The translations under genes and the position numbers were made by a program. Below, one piece after another: positions 10,701-20,912 of a stretch of 64,000 nucleotides of DNA. Origin of the DNA: a virus (Duplodnaviria > Caudoviricetes); IMG/VR virus record IMGVR_UViG_3300037067_018912, positions 128,001 to 192,000 of that record; one strand, 5' to 3'. The stretch's first letter is position 1, and the number at the start of each line of letters is the position of its first letter. The notes beneath the pieces were generated by a model. That model was given only the letters and a program-made list of their open reading frames with translations. It ran no database searches and was not told the DNA's origin.

Positions 10701-12232
10701 ACAACATAACTGTCGCCGGATGTTATCGTGATGTTCGTCCCACCACTCAACCTCTTTAACTGAATTAATTGATCTGAGACTGAAGTATAAAGAGCACCAT
10801 TGCCCGCACCCAAATTGGTCACTCCAGTAACGGATTTTAAAAGCACCGTCTGAAGGTCAGTTTGATCGGCAATGCTTCCGGATATATCACCCCAAGCCAC
10901 GCTTGGAGTTACACCCGACGTTATAATATAACCGGGATACGGAAGTACCCATCCGGTTGTAGTTGAATTTGCAATAAGAACCGCTTTACTGATATGATCC
11001 ACCGTAGTTGGTTCGGTGGCGGTCAAAAGACCCGCTGTGGCGTCACTCAAAAAATATGTCGTGTTTATGACGAGTCCTGTCAATCCGGTGACGTAACCCG
11101 CTTGGGTGAGATCGAAATAATTGGCGTTGTGACATTTACTTACAATTCCCAACACTTCACCATCATATGTACCATCAGCAATGGCTTTGTTGTATGTCCC
11201 CCCGCTCCAACCAATAACATCTTGAACAGCAAAACCATGAGAAGTTTTATTAATGCATTTCGTTATTCTTTCACCGGAAGCAATCAACGTTGATATTGAT
11301 GAAGTCAACCCGGTGACATATCCCTTGTCAACAAGTGATCGCAATGTGTAACTGCCACTGTAATCGGCAGCGTACCTAACGCCCCCACCACTATTAACTG
11401 TGAATACAACACCGTTTGTATCCATGCAAAGTCTATCGTTGCTGCACGATGATAAATAAACATCACCATTTAACAACAAAGTTGCGCCACAAGTACACAT
11501 GGCAGTACCTGCACCATTAACCAACATCGCACTGTTTCCGGTATAACATACCATGAATGTTGCAACCGGAGAGGCTAATGACAACGTCGTATTTGTTGCA
11601 CCCAATGTCCCACCGAGACAAACTCTGCGACCTGTCACCCCAATACCGTTCGTCGCCCCTGTGATCATATTAGCAGTTAATCCAGTCACATATCCTTTGT
11701 CAACAAGGGAACGAGAAGTATAATTTGAAGAATAATCACCACCGTATTTAATTCCACCCCCGCTTGCACTTGTGAACGTGGTTGCAACAGGACTCATAAA
11801 CAAACAATCTCCAATATCCGATGAAAGGCTGGCACAGCCATCCTTCAAATATAACGTCGCACCACTTGCATAAACTATCGCACTATCCCCGGTCAAAGCA
11901 ATAAGATTCTCAACACCTGAAACTTGAAACTTGTATGAACAAATTTCAATTTCAGTATCCCCACTCAAAGTACCACCAAGTGCCGCCCGACCTGAATCAC
12001 ACACGGAAAGACCATTATAAACCGGAACATTGCCCCAACTACCACAACCTGTAGCATTTGAAACCAACACCTTGTTCACGCCGGGACTGCTCTCCATTAC
12101 AAAAGTAGCACCACTTTGAAGACGGAACTCTCCATAGTCGTGCACATGTGTGCTGCCCGACAGATGCAGTATTTCACCAGGACGTTGTTCGAATTTACTG
12201 TCGCTCAGATTGGGTTTTGTATCTAATGCCAT
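7706..12232 (-). CDS. Large mosaic tail-fibre protein (1508 aa)
   Basis: Shared N-terminal PNLxxxxFxQ motif, repeated ITGATN(G/L) and YGGDYSxNYTxRSLVDKGYV modules, Thr/Ser/Gly-rich. Confidence 0.7.
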   Translation of the reverse strand: MALDTKPNLSDSKFEQRPGEILHLSGSTHVHDYGEFRLQSGATFVMESSPGVNKVLVSNATGCGSWGNVPVYNGLSVCDSGRAALGGTLSGDTEIEICSYKFQVSGVENLIALTGDSAIVYASGATLYLKDGCASLSSDIGDCLFMSPVATTFTSASGGGIKYGGDYSSNYTSRSLVDKGYVTGLTANMITGATNGIGVTGRRVCLGGTLGATNTTLSLASPVATFMVCYTGNSAMLVNGAGTAMCTCGATLLLNGDVYLSSCSNDRLCMDTNGVVFTVNSGGGVRYAADYSGSYTLRSLVDKGYVTGLTSSISTLIASGERITKCINKTSHGFAVQDVIGWSGGTYNKAIADGTYDGEVLGIVSKCHNANYFDLTQAGYVTGLTGLVINTTYFLSDATAGLLTATEPTTVDHISKAVLIANSTTTGWVLPYPGYIITSGVTPSVAWGDISGSIADQTDLQTVLLKSVTGVTNLGAGNGALYTSVSDQLIQLKRLSGGTNITITSGDSYVVINSTATGTVTGAESGLHLSGPNVALGGLLTGNTTICGAYAFNLGCTGSALSSLIAVTPIFGVCDGNGYTCMRLEHDPVAPEFDMLLVNSGGTAYGGINLFPTSTTKILLAASEDTNYLEFKLSDILGATNSNFHIQTENSAASYEQETRLNHPSGTVFFCEVIECKSSSSQNLKFLGDYKTRNFCFIRNNAAILTILSGGTARYGSAVALNNDCDLVYKSYLGSYVAGGTITGATNLGTGNGTIYTTTTNNKLNLKTLSGGTNVTLTCSGNYIAINANDASGIEWNGTTANGIGTYIDANTICSQPNLTFNGTRLGVMGNICASTCVTSPLLSGTTCVTSPIVCGSTCMISPVIIGSTCVRSPILSATTYSTSPVFIENGTCLASKYLPFQMATDMQDPTGFVDGSNINISYNYTNRTITLTGTLDYYWKGVKRTLTSPWTSSAHTATVGRWYLYSTDGLGFTWSQSVWEFNHIMVSGIYYQATEAASLAIRETHGLLDWQAHETLHNTIGTYLKSGGQATSGSYTANTATNAGITPSFNAASLDDEDLTSTIASWPKTSGYTVMRISAGTSVYTFSNTAPFLAVGDDSYIYVNDPVTGTLTAGVANRYYNAYQILVPTTSDSNSQKYRMIFLPPQATYTTLAGAQAEDTRGLRLGSLTSASAEYVIYARISYSTSNSYSNYGKVVIPTDGITYVVGSKFSALSVAGVSTTNHANLSNLTWTDSGHLGNNDTLAAFNASGVAEYVSKLYYSASGHTHGIYALQSSVATYTGTTAPATYVIKTAFDTYTGTTVPATYVAKTVFITYTGTTAPATFLKCTSASIQTINSCLKIGVPNSVTLTASASTFSISKAAENYGLYMGLIGSGVMYMQSGSFDGATQYPLCFQPQGSYISTPVIKITTGAAAGCVLTSSADGTASWSTPIGGGVGVYMISGNSLTTGFSVTHSCNQQFVMVQLVQADAPYATVYTNVQRTNANCVCITFDTAPSTGINYKILITG

Positions 12233-12303
12233 CTCGAAATTTTAATTGATATGGTTATTTAAGATAAATACTCTGAAACTGACACTTAATTCGATACAGT
12301 AAT

Positions 12304-12335
12304 AAAAAAATAAACCCTCCGAATGGGAGGGTCTA
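12304..12335 (-). terminator. Intrinsic terminator
   Basis: Minus strand GACCCUCC-CAUUC-GGAGGGUU followed by UAUUUUUUU, just downstream of the 12362 stop. Confidence 0.75.
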
Positions 12336-12361
12336 ATATTATTACTGATATTACAATCATT

Positions 12362-15300
12362 TTATGGTGATATTGTATCCTTGGTGACATACACCCCCGT
12401 TTGTCTTATTTGATGTATAAATGACCCCCCGCTGACACCATATCTCCACGTACCGTTGGTATCAGGATCACCAAAATACTGCCATGAAGTGCATTTATAC
12501 ATTGCATCACCACAATCATAATTGAAACAGACTGTCGTTCCTGATTTATTGCCCATCCTCACACCATAACCATCAAACGTGGTGTCGATTATTGATTCAT
12601 CGGCACTCCCATCGCAACATAAACGCATAATACCATTATAATTACGTCCATCATATGATGTAAAACCGCCCGAAACAATAATTTTTTTATCAGGTTGAAC
12701 CCAGATATCGTTTATATATTCAGTATCAAATTTATTGGTTGCAAGAAATGTCTCATCAAGACTTCCATCAGTATTCAAACGAATTATTTGACTTACACTA
12801 ACACCACTATATGAAGTAAATCCACCACTCACCAATATCTTACCATCATAAGGTTGATATGCCAAACCATTAGTTACATATGATCCAAGCGAACCCGTAT
12901 ATGTAAACCCTTGGCTATAAAAAGTTGGATCATATGTACCATTTGAATTCAATCTTACGATATAATTTGCAGTAATGCCACTATATGTATCGAAACGACC
13001 TGTTACAACATATTTACCATCTGATTGCTGTATCACACAAGAGCCATACCAATTAAAACCCGATCCGGTGGTGAATGTGTTATCAATACTACCATTACTG
13101 CATATTCGAACAATATGTCCCCTTGCAATCTCGTTATATTTATTTAATGCTCCTGTAACAATGATCTTACCATCGGATTGAAGCACCGCTTTGGAAGGAC
13201 CTAAACCGGACTCATTAAACCCATTACCAGGATTGAATGTAACATCCCGGCTTCCATTAGTATTCAAACGGATTATTTTCGGAGACGTAACGCCACTATA
13301 TGAAGTAAATCCACCAACCACTATTATCTTACTATCACCAGTCTGAATCATCACATCATCAGGAGCACCATTAAAACTTCCTCCTCCCGGAGATAATGTA
13401 TAATCTATACTACCGTTGGTATTCAGTCGAACTATACGGCATCTCGAAACACCTGAATATTGTGTAAACGCCCCGACTGCAACTAATTTACCGTCCGGTT
13501 GAAATGCCGTACAAGATACCCAATTGTTTATTGGAAAACCAGAACCAACTGAAAATGAAGTGTCTATCGTACCATTATAATTTATTTGAACCATTCCACT
13601 TGACGATAAACCTGAATAACATTGAAACTGTCCAGCAAGATTCATTCTACCGTCAGGATAAGTCAATACACTTGAAGCCTGACCAATGCCAAAACTCCAC
13701 GTTAATCCCAAACCTATAAGGAAATTCCGGGCGTAATTCGTTATTGAAAGAGTGTTGCTGCAAAGATTAATACAAGAATTATTAATCAACGTCCCCCCCA
13801 AACAAACATTTTTTCCACAAACACCCAATCCGTTTGTCGCCCCGGTGATGGGAACATTATCTAAAACCCATTTTTTGGTGACTAAATGGTTATCTCCAAA
13901 TAATGACGTGTTCGGAGTTGCAGTGTAACGAATTCCGCTGCAATCATACCTTAAATACCTGTAACCAGTACCACAATAAACGCAATTTTCAATAAAAGTA
14001 GGACCGACATACACCCCGGCAACACAACCCGTCCCCTCGTTCCCTGCTCTCGTCTCAATATATCCACTCATATCGGCATTCTTGGTCACTTGCAAATAAG
14101 TCGTGTAATTACCATCCCCGACGGTGAGCCTCCTCGATCCTGCCGCCGTACCAAGATTCAAATACGTTTCTGTGGCGGTCAAACTACCACCAAGACAAAC
14201 ATTTTGGCCTGTTGTTCCAATACCGTTCGTCGCCCCAGTGATCCCACCTGTCGTGAAACCACTGATTTGGTTCAATACCCACTCCTTATCAACAAGAGAA
14301 CGATCTGTGTAATTTGCACTATAATCATCACCATATTCAATAACCCCACCGTTAAACATTGATAAATATATGGTTGATGTGCTACCATCCGTATTCAACT
14401 TAATTATACTTTGAGCAGTCTCTCCATTATACGTTATAAAACCACCACCAACCAATATCTTACCGTCATTAAAAATTTTAATTGATGGAATTTGACTACT
14501 ATCAAAACCAGTACCAGTATCAAAAGTATTATCAATACTGCCATTCGTATTCAACCTAATTATGTTAATAGCAGTTACGCCGCTGTATGTTAAGAAATTA
14601 CCACCAACCAATATTTTACCATCATTCTGAATCGCTATTGTAAGAGGTGAATTATTAAAACCAGAGCCTGTACTAAAAGTATTGTCAACGCTACCGTCTG
14701 TGTTCAACCTGATTATGCGATTAGCAGTTACACCGCTATATGAGGTGAAATCACCACCAATAAGTATTTTACCATCATTCTGAATTGCCATCGACCACAC
14801 AGTAGTATCAAAACCAGTACCGCTATTAAAAGTATTATCAATACTACCGTCCGTGTTCAACCTGATTATGTAATTGGCAGTTACACCACTATATGAAGTG
14901 AAATCACCACCAACTAATATTTTACCATCGTTCTGAATTGCTATTGAATAAGTACTCGCACCATTAAAACCAGCACCAATGCTAAAAGTATTATCAATGC
15001 CACCATTCGTATTCAACCTAATTATACGATTAGCAGTTACACCACTGTATGAATTAAAACCACCGCCAACTAATATTTTACCATCGTTCTGAATCGCTAT
15101 CGACCGCACATTGGTATTAAAACCAGTACCACTATTAAAAGTATTATCAATGTTACCATTCGTATTCAACCTGATTATGCGATTGGCAGTTACGCCACTG
15201 TATGAAGTGAATATACCGCCAATAAGTATTTTGTTGTCATTCTGAACCACTATTGAATGAACCTCATTATTAAACCCACCGCCACCATTAAAAGTATTAT

Positions 15301-16657
15301 CAACACTGCCATTCGTATTCAACCTGATTATGCCATTGGCAGTTACACCACTGTATGAATTGAAAGTACCACCAACTAATATTTTACCATCGTTCTGAAT
15401 CGCCGTCGACCACACATTATGATTAAAACCACTACCACTATTAAACTCTACAATAGCATCACTAAATATTAATGTTTTATTGTTTAAATCAATATTAGTA
15501 TTACCATTTAATGCACCACCAAGAGTAACATTATTACCCGAAACGCTCAAACCATTCGTCGCTCCGGTAATACCACCTGAAGTACCTCCACTAATTTGAC
15601 TCAATACCCATCCCTTGTTGACAAGTGAACAATCATTAAAATTAGCACTATAATCATGTCCATAAACTATTCCGGCAAACCCCGTATCACCACTATTATT
15701 TACTAATGAATACATTGACACCAAATCACCAAGCATTTCAAAACGTGTACATCTTACAATATCATTTTGATAATTTATTAGTGAAATGACACCTGATTCG
15801 GCCACCACTGTTGAACATGTAGTATTATTGGTATTTTCAGTAATTAATTCAATACAAGAACAATTAATACGAAAATCCGAACTGTATTTAGTACCATCAT
15901 AATGACAAATAAATGTACCATCGGATCGAAAACTCGCATAATTATTTCCACTTGTATCGGTAAAACAAATACAACCACTATCATAATTAATGCAAGTATC
16001 ACCATTTAATGTACCACCAAGACAAACTATTGTACCATCAGTTGTTAAACCATTCGTCGCCCCAGTGATGGCTGTCGTCAACCTGATTTTCTTGGTCGAC
16101 GGATTCCAAGAAAGTACATCCCCACTACCCGCAGGTGTAGTTAAAATTGCCAAATCAGGAACAACAACAGTATTGGAATAACAATCTTTTTCTACAATGC
16201 AATTATTAACCCCAATAAGGGTCGTGTTAGTATTACCACTGCAAATTATGTTGCCATATCCACCAAAAATATTACCCCCTGCCGAACACGAAACGTTGCC
16301 ACAACCGACAATTGCCGTATAGTTACAAAACGTCTTGGATTCGCTACCTATTGAAATACTTCCCGTCCCGTAAGTGCATGAGCCGCAACCAATACTGGTC
16401 GATGCCGTGCCCATAGCCTTCACCCCCGCTCCAATAGCGGTGGCCGCAGTGCCGCCGGATGCGTTACAACCAATTAAAGTAGTGTTCAATCCTACGCCCG
16501 CACTTAAAAATGTCATGCCGGAAATCCGGTATCCAGTATTAGAACTGATCGTTCCATAAGCACCAACAATACAATTAGTACCTTTCAAATACAGCGTATC
16601 TCCACTGAATTGGTCAAACCTTTGGCAACTGAGGTTTGGTCTATTATCGTAAGCCAT
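12362..16657 (-). CDS. Tail-fibre protein with two delta-60 (DUF5122-type) beta-propeller repeat blocks
   Basis: About 54-aa repeats AIQNDGKILVGGxFTSYSGVTANRIIRLNTNGSIDNTF, in two blocks. N-terminal adhesin-head-like xAIGxGxxA repeats and the shared PNL...FxQ start. Confidence 0.8.
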   Translation of the reverse strand: MAYDNRPNLSCQRFDQFSGDTLYLKGTNCIVGAYGTISSNTGYRISGMTFLSAGVGLNTTLIGCNASGGTAATAIGAGVKAMGTASTSIGCGSCTYGTGSISIGSESKTFCNYTAIVGCGNVSCSAGGNIFGGYGNIICSGNTNTTLIGVNNCIVEKDCYSNTVVVPDLAILTTPAGSGDVLSWNPSTKKIRLTTAITGATNGLTTDGTIVCLGGTLNGDTCINYDSGCICFTDTSGNNYASFRSDGTFICHYDGTKYSSDFRINCSCIELITENTNNTTCSTVVAESGVISLINYQNDIVRCTRFEMLGDLVSMYSLVNNSGDTGFAGIVYGHDYSANFNDCSLVNKGWVLSQISGGTSGGITGATNGLSVSGNNVTLGGALNGNTNIDLNNKTLIFSDAIVEFNSGSGFNHNVWSTAIQNDGKILVGGTFNSYSGVTANGIIRLNTNGSVDNTFNGGGGFNNEVHSIVVQNDNKILIGGIFTSYSGVTANRIIRLNTNGNIDNTFNSGTGFNTNVRSIAIQNDGKILVGGGFNSYSGVTANRIIRLNTNGGIDNTFSIGAGFNGASTYSIAIQNDGKILVGGDFTSYSGVTANYIIRLNTDGSIDNTFNSGTGFDTTVWSMAIQNDGKILIGGDFTSYSGVTANRIIRLNTDGSVDNTFSTGSGFNNSPLTIAIQNDGKILVGGNFLTYSGVTAINIIRLNTNGSIDNTFDTGTGFDSSQIPSIKIFNDGKILVGGGFITYNGETAQSIIKLNTDGSTSTIYLSMFNGGVIEYGDDYSANYTDRSLVDKEWVLNQISGFTTGGITGATNGIGTTGQNVCLGGSLTATETYLNLGTAAGSRRLTVGDGNYTTYLQVTKNADMSGYIETRAGNEGTGCVAGVYVGPTFIENCVYCGTGYRYLRYDCSGIRYTATPNTSLFGDNHLVTKKWVLDNVPITGATNGLGVCGKNVCLGGTLINNSCINLCSNTLSITNYARNFLIGLGLTWSFGIGQASSVLTYPDGRMNLAGQFQCYSGLSSSGMVQINYNGTIDTSFSVGSGFPINNWVSCTAFQPDGKLVAVGAFTQYSGVSRCRIVRLNTNGSIDYTLSPGGGSFNGAPDDVMIQTGDSKIIVVGGFTSYSGVTSPKIIRLNTNGSRDVTFNPGNGFNESGLGPSKAVLQSDGKIIVTGALNKYNEIARGHIVRICSNGSIDNTFTTGSGFNWYGSCVIQQSDGKYVVTGRFDTYSGITANYIVRLNSNGTYDPTFYSQGFTYTGSLGSYVTNGLAYQPYDGKILVSGGFTSYSGVSVSQIIRLNTDGSLDETFLATNKFDTEYINDIWVQPDKKIIVSGGFTSYDGRNYNGIMRLCCDGSADESIIDTTFDGYGVRMGNKSGTTVCFNYDCGDAMYKCTSWQYFGDPDTNGTWRYGVSGGSFIHQIRQTGVYVTKDTISP
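14395..15440. repeat. Tandem ~162-bp delta-60 coding repeats
   Basis: Recurrent DNA unit 'ttattatgcgattggcagttacaccactgtatgaa...ccaactaatattttaccatcgttctgaat' with variants. Confidence 0.8.
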
Positions 16658-16700
16658 ATGTCATAATATTTATCATAAATACTTTAAGGCGATTAATAAA

Positions 16701-16729
16701 TAAAAAAACCCGCCGAAATCGACGGGTTA
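16701..16729 (-). terminator. Intrinsic terminator
   Basis: Minus strand AACCCGUCG-AUUU-CGGCGGGUU followed by a U-run, downstream of the GT9 gene. Confidence 0.7.
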
Positions 16730-16766
16730 AAAATGATAATTACATATAATGATTTACATTCAACCA

Positions 16767-17693
16767 TTATTTTTGCTTGTTCACGGCCTCTATAATCTTG
16801 TTGATATCGAAAACATTCACCGTATCGAAAGGAAATTGCTGAATTTGCCCTGAGATATCAAATTGTTCAAGGTAACTGAATTTATTCAATTCCCTGACAT
16901 AATTGGCGTTCGGAGTAACATTGATATGTTCGGGATATCCAAACACCTCCGGCTTGTTACCGATCCACACAACCGTGCTTTGAAGATCGAGAGCCGCTGC
17001 CACGTGTTGGGAAAAAGAATCAATAAAAAGTCTCTTCTGTGATAATGGAAAAACGGCATATAATTCCCTAAACGGTAAACTGATGGCTTCAACACCCTGC
17101 AAAACGGGTTGCTCCGGTGCTTTAATATGTAAAATCCTATAAGACTTGGCGAAATAATTGACGAGTTTCTGTGCAATTTCGATTGGCATGTCCCTGAACC
17201 ACGATTTCTTCGAATACTGTCCCGTCGGAGAACCCCCATGCGTTTGTAACAGCATGATCGGCCTGTTGTCAGGTTTTATCTTATCCCTTGCAATCTCAAT
17301 TTCACGGGGATTAAGATAAATCTTGGGTTTATATCCATCATAAGGAATGCCGAACATATCACACCAGGTCTGTGTCAAATGTTTGCGTTGAAGGATATGG
17401 TCTTCGCTGTGATATGGTTCGAACCTGAATATCTTGGTGTCGGGTTTGATAAAGTCTGAAAAGAAGTACTGCATTTGTCCGAAAGTGTAGAAACGCCATA
17501 CGTCGGGATTGTAGAAGAACGGACCATCCCAAGCCGTTACCACAACCAATTTTCTATCAGGATATGCTTTCTTTATCGCCCGGCAGACGGCGGTCGCCAT
17601 CACTTGCTTACCATGTCCACCTTCGGTATGAAAAATTATGTATTTGTCATTGTCATTGATCTTGTCATCGGGGATTCTTACCTCATTTGCCAT
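16767..17693 (-). CDS. Glycosyltransferase family 9-like (heptosyltransferase-like, GT-B)
   Basis: N-terminal EGGHGKQVMATAVCRAIKKAYPDRKLVV and C-terminal FIDSFSQHVAAALDLQSTVVW match the GT9 patterns (GxGDxxxxxxxxxxLKxxxP; DSGxxHxAAA). Confidence 0.7.
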   Translation of the reverse strand: MANEVRIPDDKINDNDKYIIFHTEGGHGKQVMATAVCRAIKKAYPDRKLVVVTAWDGPFFYNPDVWRFYTFGQMQYFFSDFIKPDTKIFRFEPYHSEDHILQRKHLTQTWCDMFGIPYDGYKPKIYLNPREIEIARDKIKPDNRPIMLLQTHGGSPTGQYSKKSWFRDMPIEIAQKLVNYFAKSYRILHIKAPEQPVLQGVEAISLPFRELYAVFPLSQKRLFIDSFSQHVAAALDLQSTVVWIGNKPEVFGYPEHINVTPNANYVRELNKFSYLEQFDISGQIQQFPFDTVNVFDINKIIEAVNKQK

Positions 17694-17769
17694 AACATGA
17701 AAATTTTAATTATAAATTTTTATATTTTTTTATAAATACTGTAATAATCTCAAAAATCGGGGTTTGTTG

Positions 17770-17805
17770 AAAAAAAAACGGGAGATTTTTTGTCCCCCGT
17801 TTTTT
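17770..17805. terminator. Intrinsic terminator (A-run/T-run flanked, possibly bidirectional)
   Basis: aaaaaaaaacggga-gattttttg-tcccccgtttttt downstream of the 17841 stop. Confidence 0.6.
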
Positions 17806-17840
17806 CTCGCCATTTTCTCGCCAATTTGGCGATATCATGA

Positions 17841-20807
17841 TTAGTTGATGAATGCCAAACTATACCATGCGCCTCCACTGTACATCAGTTCGAGTGCACC
17901 ATAATTTGTGTTGATCAAAGCATTCGCAGCACCGTCTATCGTGCCCACGATCGAAATATTCGTAGTCAACGCCGTTCCGGCGGCATCCTTGATCTTAAAC
18001 ACTTGACCATCTTGTGCAGGACTCGGCAATGTGATTGTTGCGGGTGCTGTAGCCAAAACGACGTATGAACTTCCGGTTAACAAGGCCACCGTCCCAGTAA
18101 CTGCAGTGTAAGAGTAAATATTGTTATGATCACCAAGAACACTGCCCGCAACCACTTGAATTTGACCCGTGGAATCCCTTACAAGCACTGAATCCGCAGT
18201 CGATCCGGCTGGTGGTACTTGTGTCAATACTATCGACGGACTGTTGAGGTTTATCGCCGAAGTTCCAGTCATGCTCAACGTCGTCACATTGAAGTTCAAT
18301 GCTTGTGCACCACTGATTGTTGTTGTTTCAGTTATTGTACCACCTAATTTAGCACTATGAGCACCTACTTTGGTAAGTCCGTTTGTTACTCCTGTTATTG
18401 CAACAGCAACAATTGCTTGTGTTGCACCTGACCAAACAGCCAAATTATTCACATCGGCTTCAAGGTCATCGATTGCAGTTTGAGTTGTTCCAGACCAAAC
18501 AGCCAAGTTATTCACATCGGCTTCAAGGTCATCGATCGCAGTCTGTGTAGTACCCGACCAAACTGCAAGGTTATATACGTCAGCCTCAAGATCATCAATA
18601 GCAGTCTGTGTAGTACCCGACCAAACAGCCAAATTATTCACATCGGCTTCAAGATTGTTTAATCTCGTATTTGTCGTACCCGACCAAACAGCCAAATTAT
18701 TAACATCCGCTTCAAGATCGTCGATGCGTATATCCAAATTACTTGTCAATCCCGTTACATATTTCGCACTGACAAGAGAATTCGACACAAATGTTGCACT
18801 ATAATCACCACCATACAGGATACCCCTTTTGTTAGTGATCGCCGTGTCGGTGTATGTCAACGTGCAGGTATCACTACCTGTAATCGTAGTCGCACCCGTC
18901 AAAACGCCGCCCAAAGCAACCTTATTGCCTGATGTTACATGCAAACCACTTTCAGCACCCGTCAGAGCACCAACAGCAGCCGTAATATCGGCACAATTAA
19001 TAACAAGTTGGGTATCGCCCGCATTGTATCTTACCGGAATTGAGGATACAGAACCACCACTAATCACATCTGCATTAAGAACGCCTGCAGAATAAGACAA
19101 ACCGTGACCTGCAATATTTGGATCAACACACAAACCACCCACACCTACAGATAAACCGCAGGAAGTTGGTTCAGCACCACCAAGATTAACACAAACTGTG
19201 TGCAAGCCACCGACCTGTGTTATATCGATACCCGCACCACCCTGCATATCAATAACGGTTGCAAATTCTGTAAACGTTATAGTATCACCACTGTCAATCG
19301 GGTTGGGTGATGTTATAACCCATATCGAGTTGTTTTGTGTAGAACCGCTTGTAACCGGGACAAGGTCACCGTTGGTGATTTCACCAGAAGGAGTCCAATC
19401 CATATCAGTTGAACGTGTCCAAGTTGTTGCAGATGCTGTGTAAATACCGTTTTGTGATGCATCAGTTTGGTTTTTAACCAAAATCCTCATGCCATTCGTG
19501 GTGGTGATTCCATCAATCGTTTCAACACCACTCAAATCAAGGTTCTGACCAACCGTCGTCGCAGCACAAACAGAATTATGCACAACCAGTCCGGTTGCAA
19601 TCGTATCAACATATATTTTGCTTACAAGCGAGTTGTTACAGAAACTATTACTATAATCACCGCCGTATATTATACCGTGGGGTGTCGAACACAAATCAGT
19701 GAATGTCGCACCACTTGATGAGATCGATAAAGAACCCGTCGTCACCGCAGCAGCACCGCTTGCACAAACATTAAGCGCATCCAATTTACTCGCCGCTGTG
19801 CCAAGTGTGAAATCCATACCGCCACCGCAAATCACGGTGTCATCACACAACACACCACCAAGTCCAAGATTATAATCCCCAACATCCGTAATACCGTTCG
19901 TACCACCAGTTATTCCACCAAAAGCCGATAACGAAGTCCGTCCGACTTGGCCTGTGATTGTATCAAAGCAAAGCAGGTTGCCCGTGCCCACCATAGGTGC
20001 GATGTAAGTTACACCAGAAAGGCGAATACCCCCTGTATATCCTGTGATATTAACGGTATTGACATTAAAATTCAACGTCTGTGAACCGTATATCGTGGTT
20101 GTTCCTGTCAATTGGCCACCCAATTGTGCACCATGTGCACCAACTTTGGTAAGACCATTGGTGACATTGGTTATTGCATTGGCAATAATTGGTTGTGACG
20201 CTCCCGACCATGCGACTAAATTGTCGACCCTTGTTTCTGTGATCGCAGACCATGCCTCAAGATTGTCGACCCTTGTTTCCGTTGTCCCCGACCAAACAGC
20301 CAAATTGTTGACATCAGCCTCAAGATTGTTTAATCTCGTATTTGTTGTTCCCGACCAAGCAGCCAAATTATCAACATCCGCTTCAAGAGCATCAATCGCA
20401 TTTTGGGTAGTTCCTGACCATGCAGCCAAGTTGTTGACATCCGCTTCAAGAGCATCAATCGCATTTTGGGTAGTTCCTGACCATGCAGCCAAGTTGTTGA
20501 CATCCGCTTCAAGATTATCGACCCTTGTCTCAGTCGTTGCAGACCAAGTTGAAAGGTTGTCAACCCTTGTCTCGGTTATTGCAGACCATGCTTCAAGGAG
20601 GTCAATTCTTCCATCCAAATTGCCTGTCAATCCTGTGACATATGCCACATCAGGAACGGATCGTGCAACATAAGTGCCGCTTTGATTCGAAGTATATTGC
20701 AACGTACCCACATCATGAATCCGGGTGTCGCCTGACAAAGTCAGTAATCCGCCATCCTGTTGGTAGAATTTGGCGTTAATCAGGTTTAATTTTGTGGTGA
20801 GAGCCAT
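17841..20807 (-). CDS. Coiled-coil tail-fibre protein with 21-aa repeats
   Basis: Two blocks of LEADVNNLA(V/A)WSGTT(Q/N)xxI(D) heptad repeats. Fibre motif NGMRILVKNQTDASQNGIY. Shared N-terminal motif. Confidence 0.75.
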   Translation of the reverse strand: MALTTKLNLINAKFYQQDGGLLTLSGDTRIHDVGTLQYTSNQSGTYVARSVPDVAYVTGLTGNLDGRIDLLEAWSAITETRVDNLSTWSATTETRVDNLEADVNNLAAWSGTTQNAIDALEADVNNLAAWSGTTQNAIDALEADVDNLAAWSGTTNTRLNNLEADVNNLAVWSGTTETRVDNLEAWSAITETRVDNLVAWSGASQPIIANAITNVTNGLTKVGAHGAQLGGQLTGTTTIYGSQTLNFNVNTVNITGYTGGIRLSGVTYIAPMVGTGNLLCFDTITGQVGRTSLSAFGGITGGTNGITDVGDYNLGLGGVLCDDTVICGGGMDFTLGTAASKLDALNVCASGAAAVTTGSLSISSSGATFTDLCSTPHGIIYGGDYSNSFCNNSLVSKIYVDTIATGLVVHNSVCAATTVGQNLDLSGVETIDGITTTNGMRILVKNQTDASQNGIYTASATTWTRSTDMDWTPSGEITNGDLVPVTSGSTQNNSIWVITSPNPIDSGDTITFTEFATVIDMQGGAGIDITQVGGLHTVCVNLGGAEPTSCGLSVGVGGLCVDPNIAGHGLSYSAGVLNADVISGGSVSSIPVRYNAGDTQLVINCADITAAVGALTGAESGLHVTSGNKVALGGVLTGATTITGSDTCTLTYTDTAITNKRGILYGGDYSATFVSNSLVSAKYVTGLTSNLDIRIDDLEADVNNLAVWSGTTNTRLNNLEADVNNLAVWSGTTQTAIDDLEADVYNLAVWSGTTQTAIDDLEADVNNLAVWSGTTQTAIDDLEADVNNLAVWSGATQAIVAVAITGVTNGLTKVGAHSAKLGGTITETTTISGAQALNFNVTTLSMTGTSAINLNSPSIVLTQVPPAGSTADSVLVRDSTGQIQVVAGSVLGDHNNIYSYTAVTGTVALLTGSSYVVLATAPATITLPSPAQDGQVFKIKDAAGTALTTNISIVGTIDGAANALINTNYGALELMYSGGAWYSLAFIN
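18425..18735. repeat. 63-bp tandem coding repeats (a second block lies at ~20200-20605)
   Basis: Unit 'ccgaccaaacagccaaattattcacatcggcttcaag...' repeated at 63-bp periodicity. Confidence 0.8.
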
Positions 20808-20912
20808 ATGGTTTTTTTATTAATTTGTTTTATTAATTTTTCCGCTTTTATATAAATAGTTCCCGTTATCAATAAATGTTACAACACATTGAAATATTTC
20901 GTATGATTTTCA

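Noticed and set aside
1696-20605. Diversity-generating retroelement template/variable repeats among the fibre-gene repeats
   Set aside because: The repeats are in-frame intragenic duplications without evident adenine-specific mismatches, and no reverse transcriptase is in the window.
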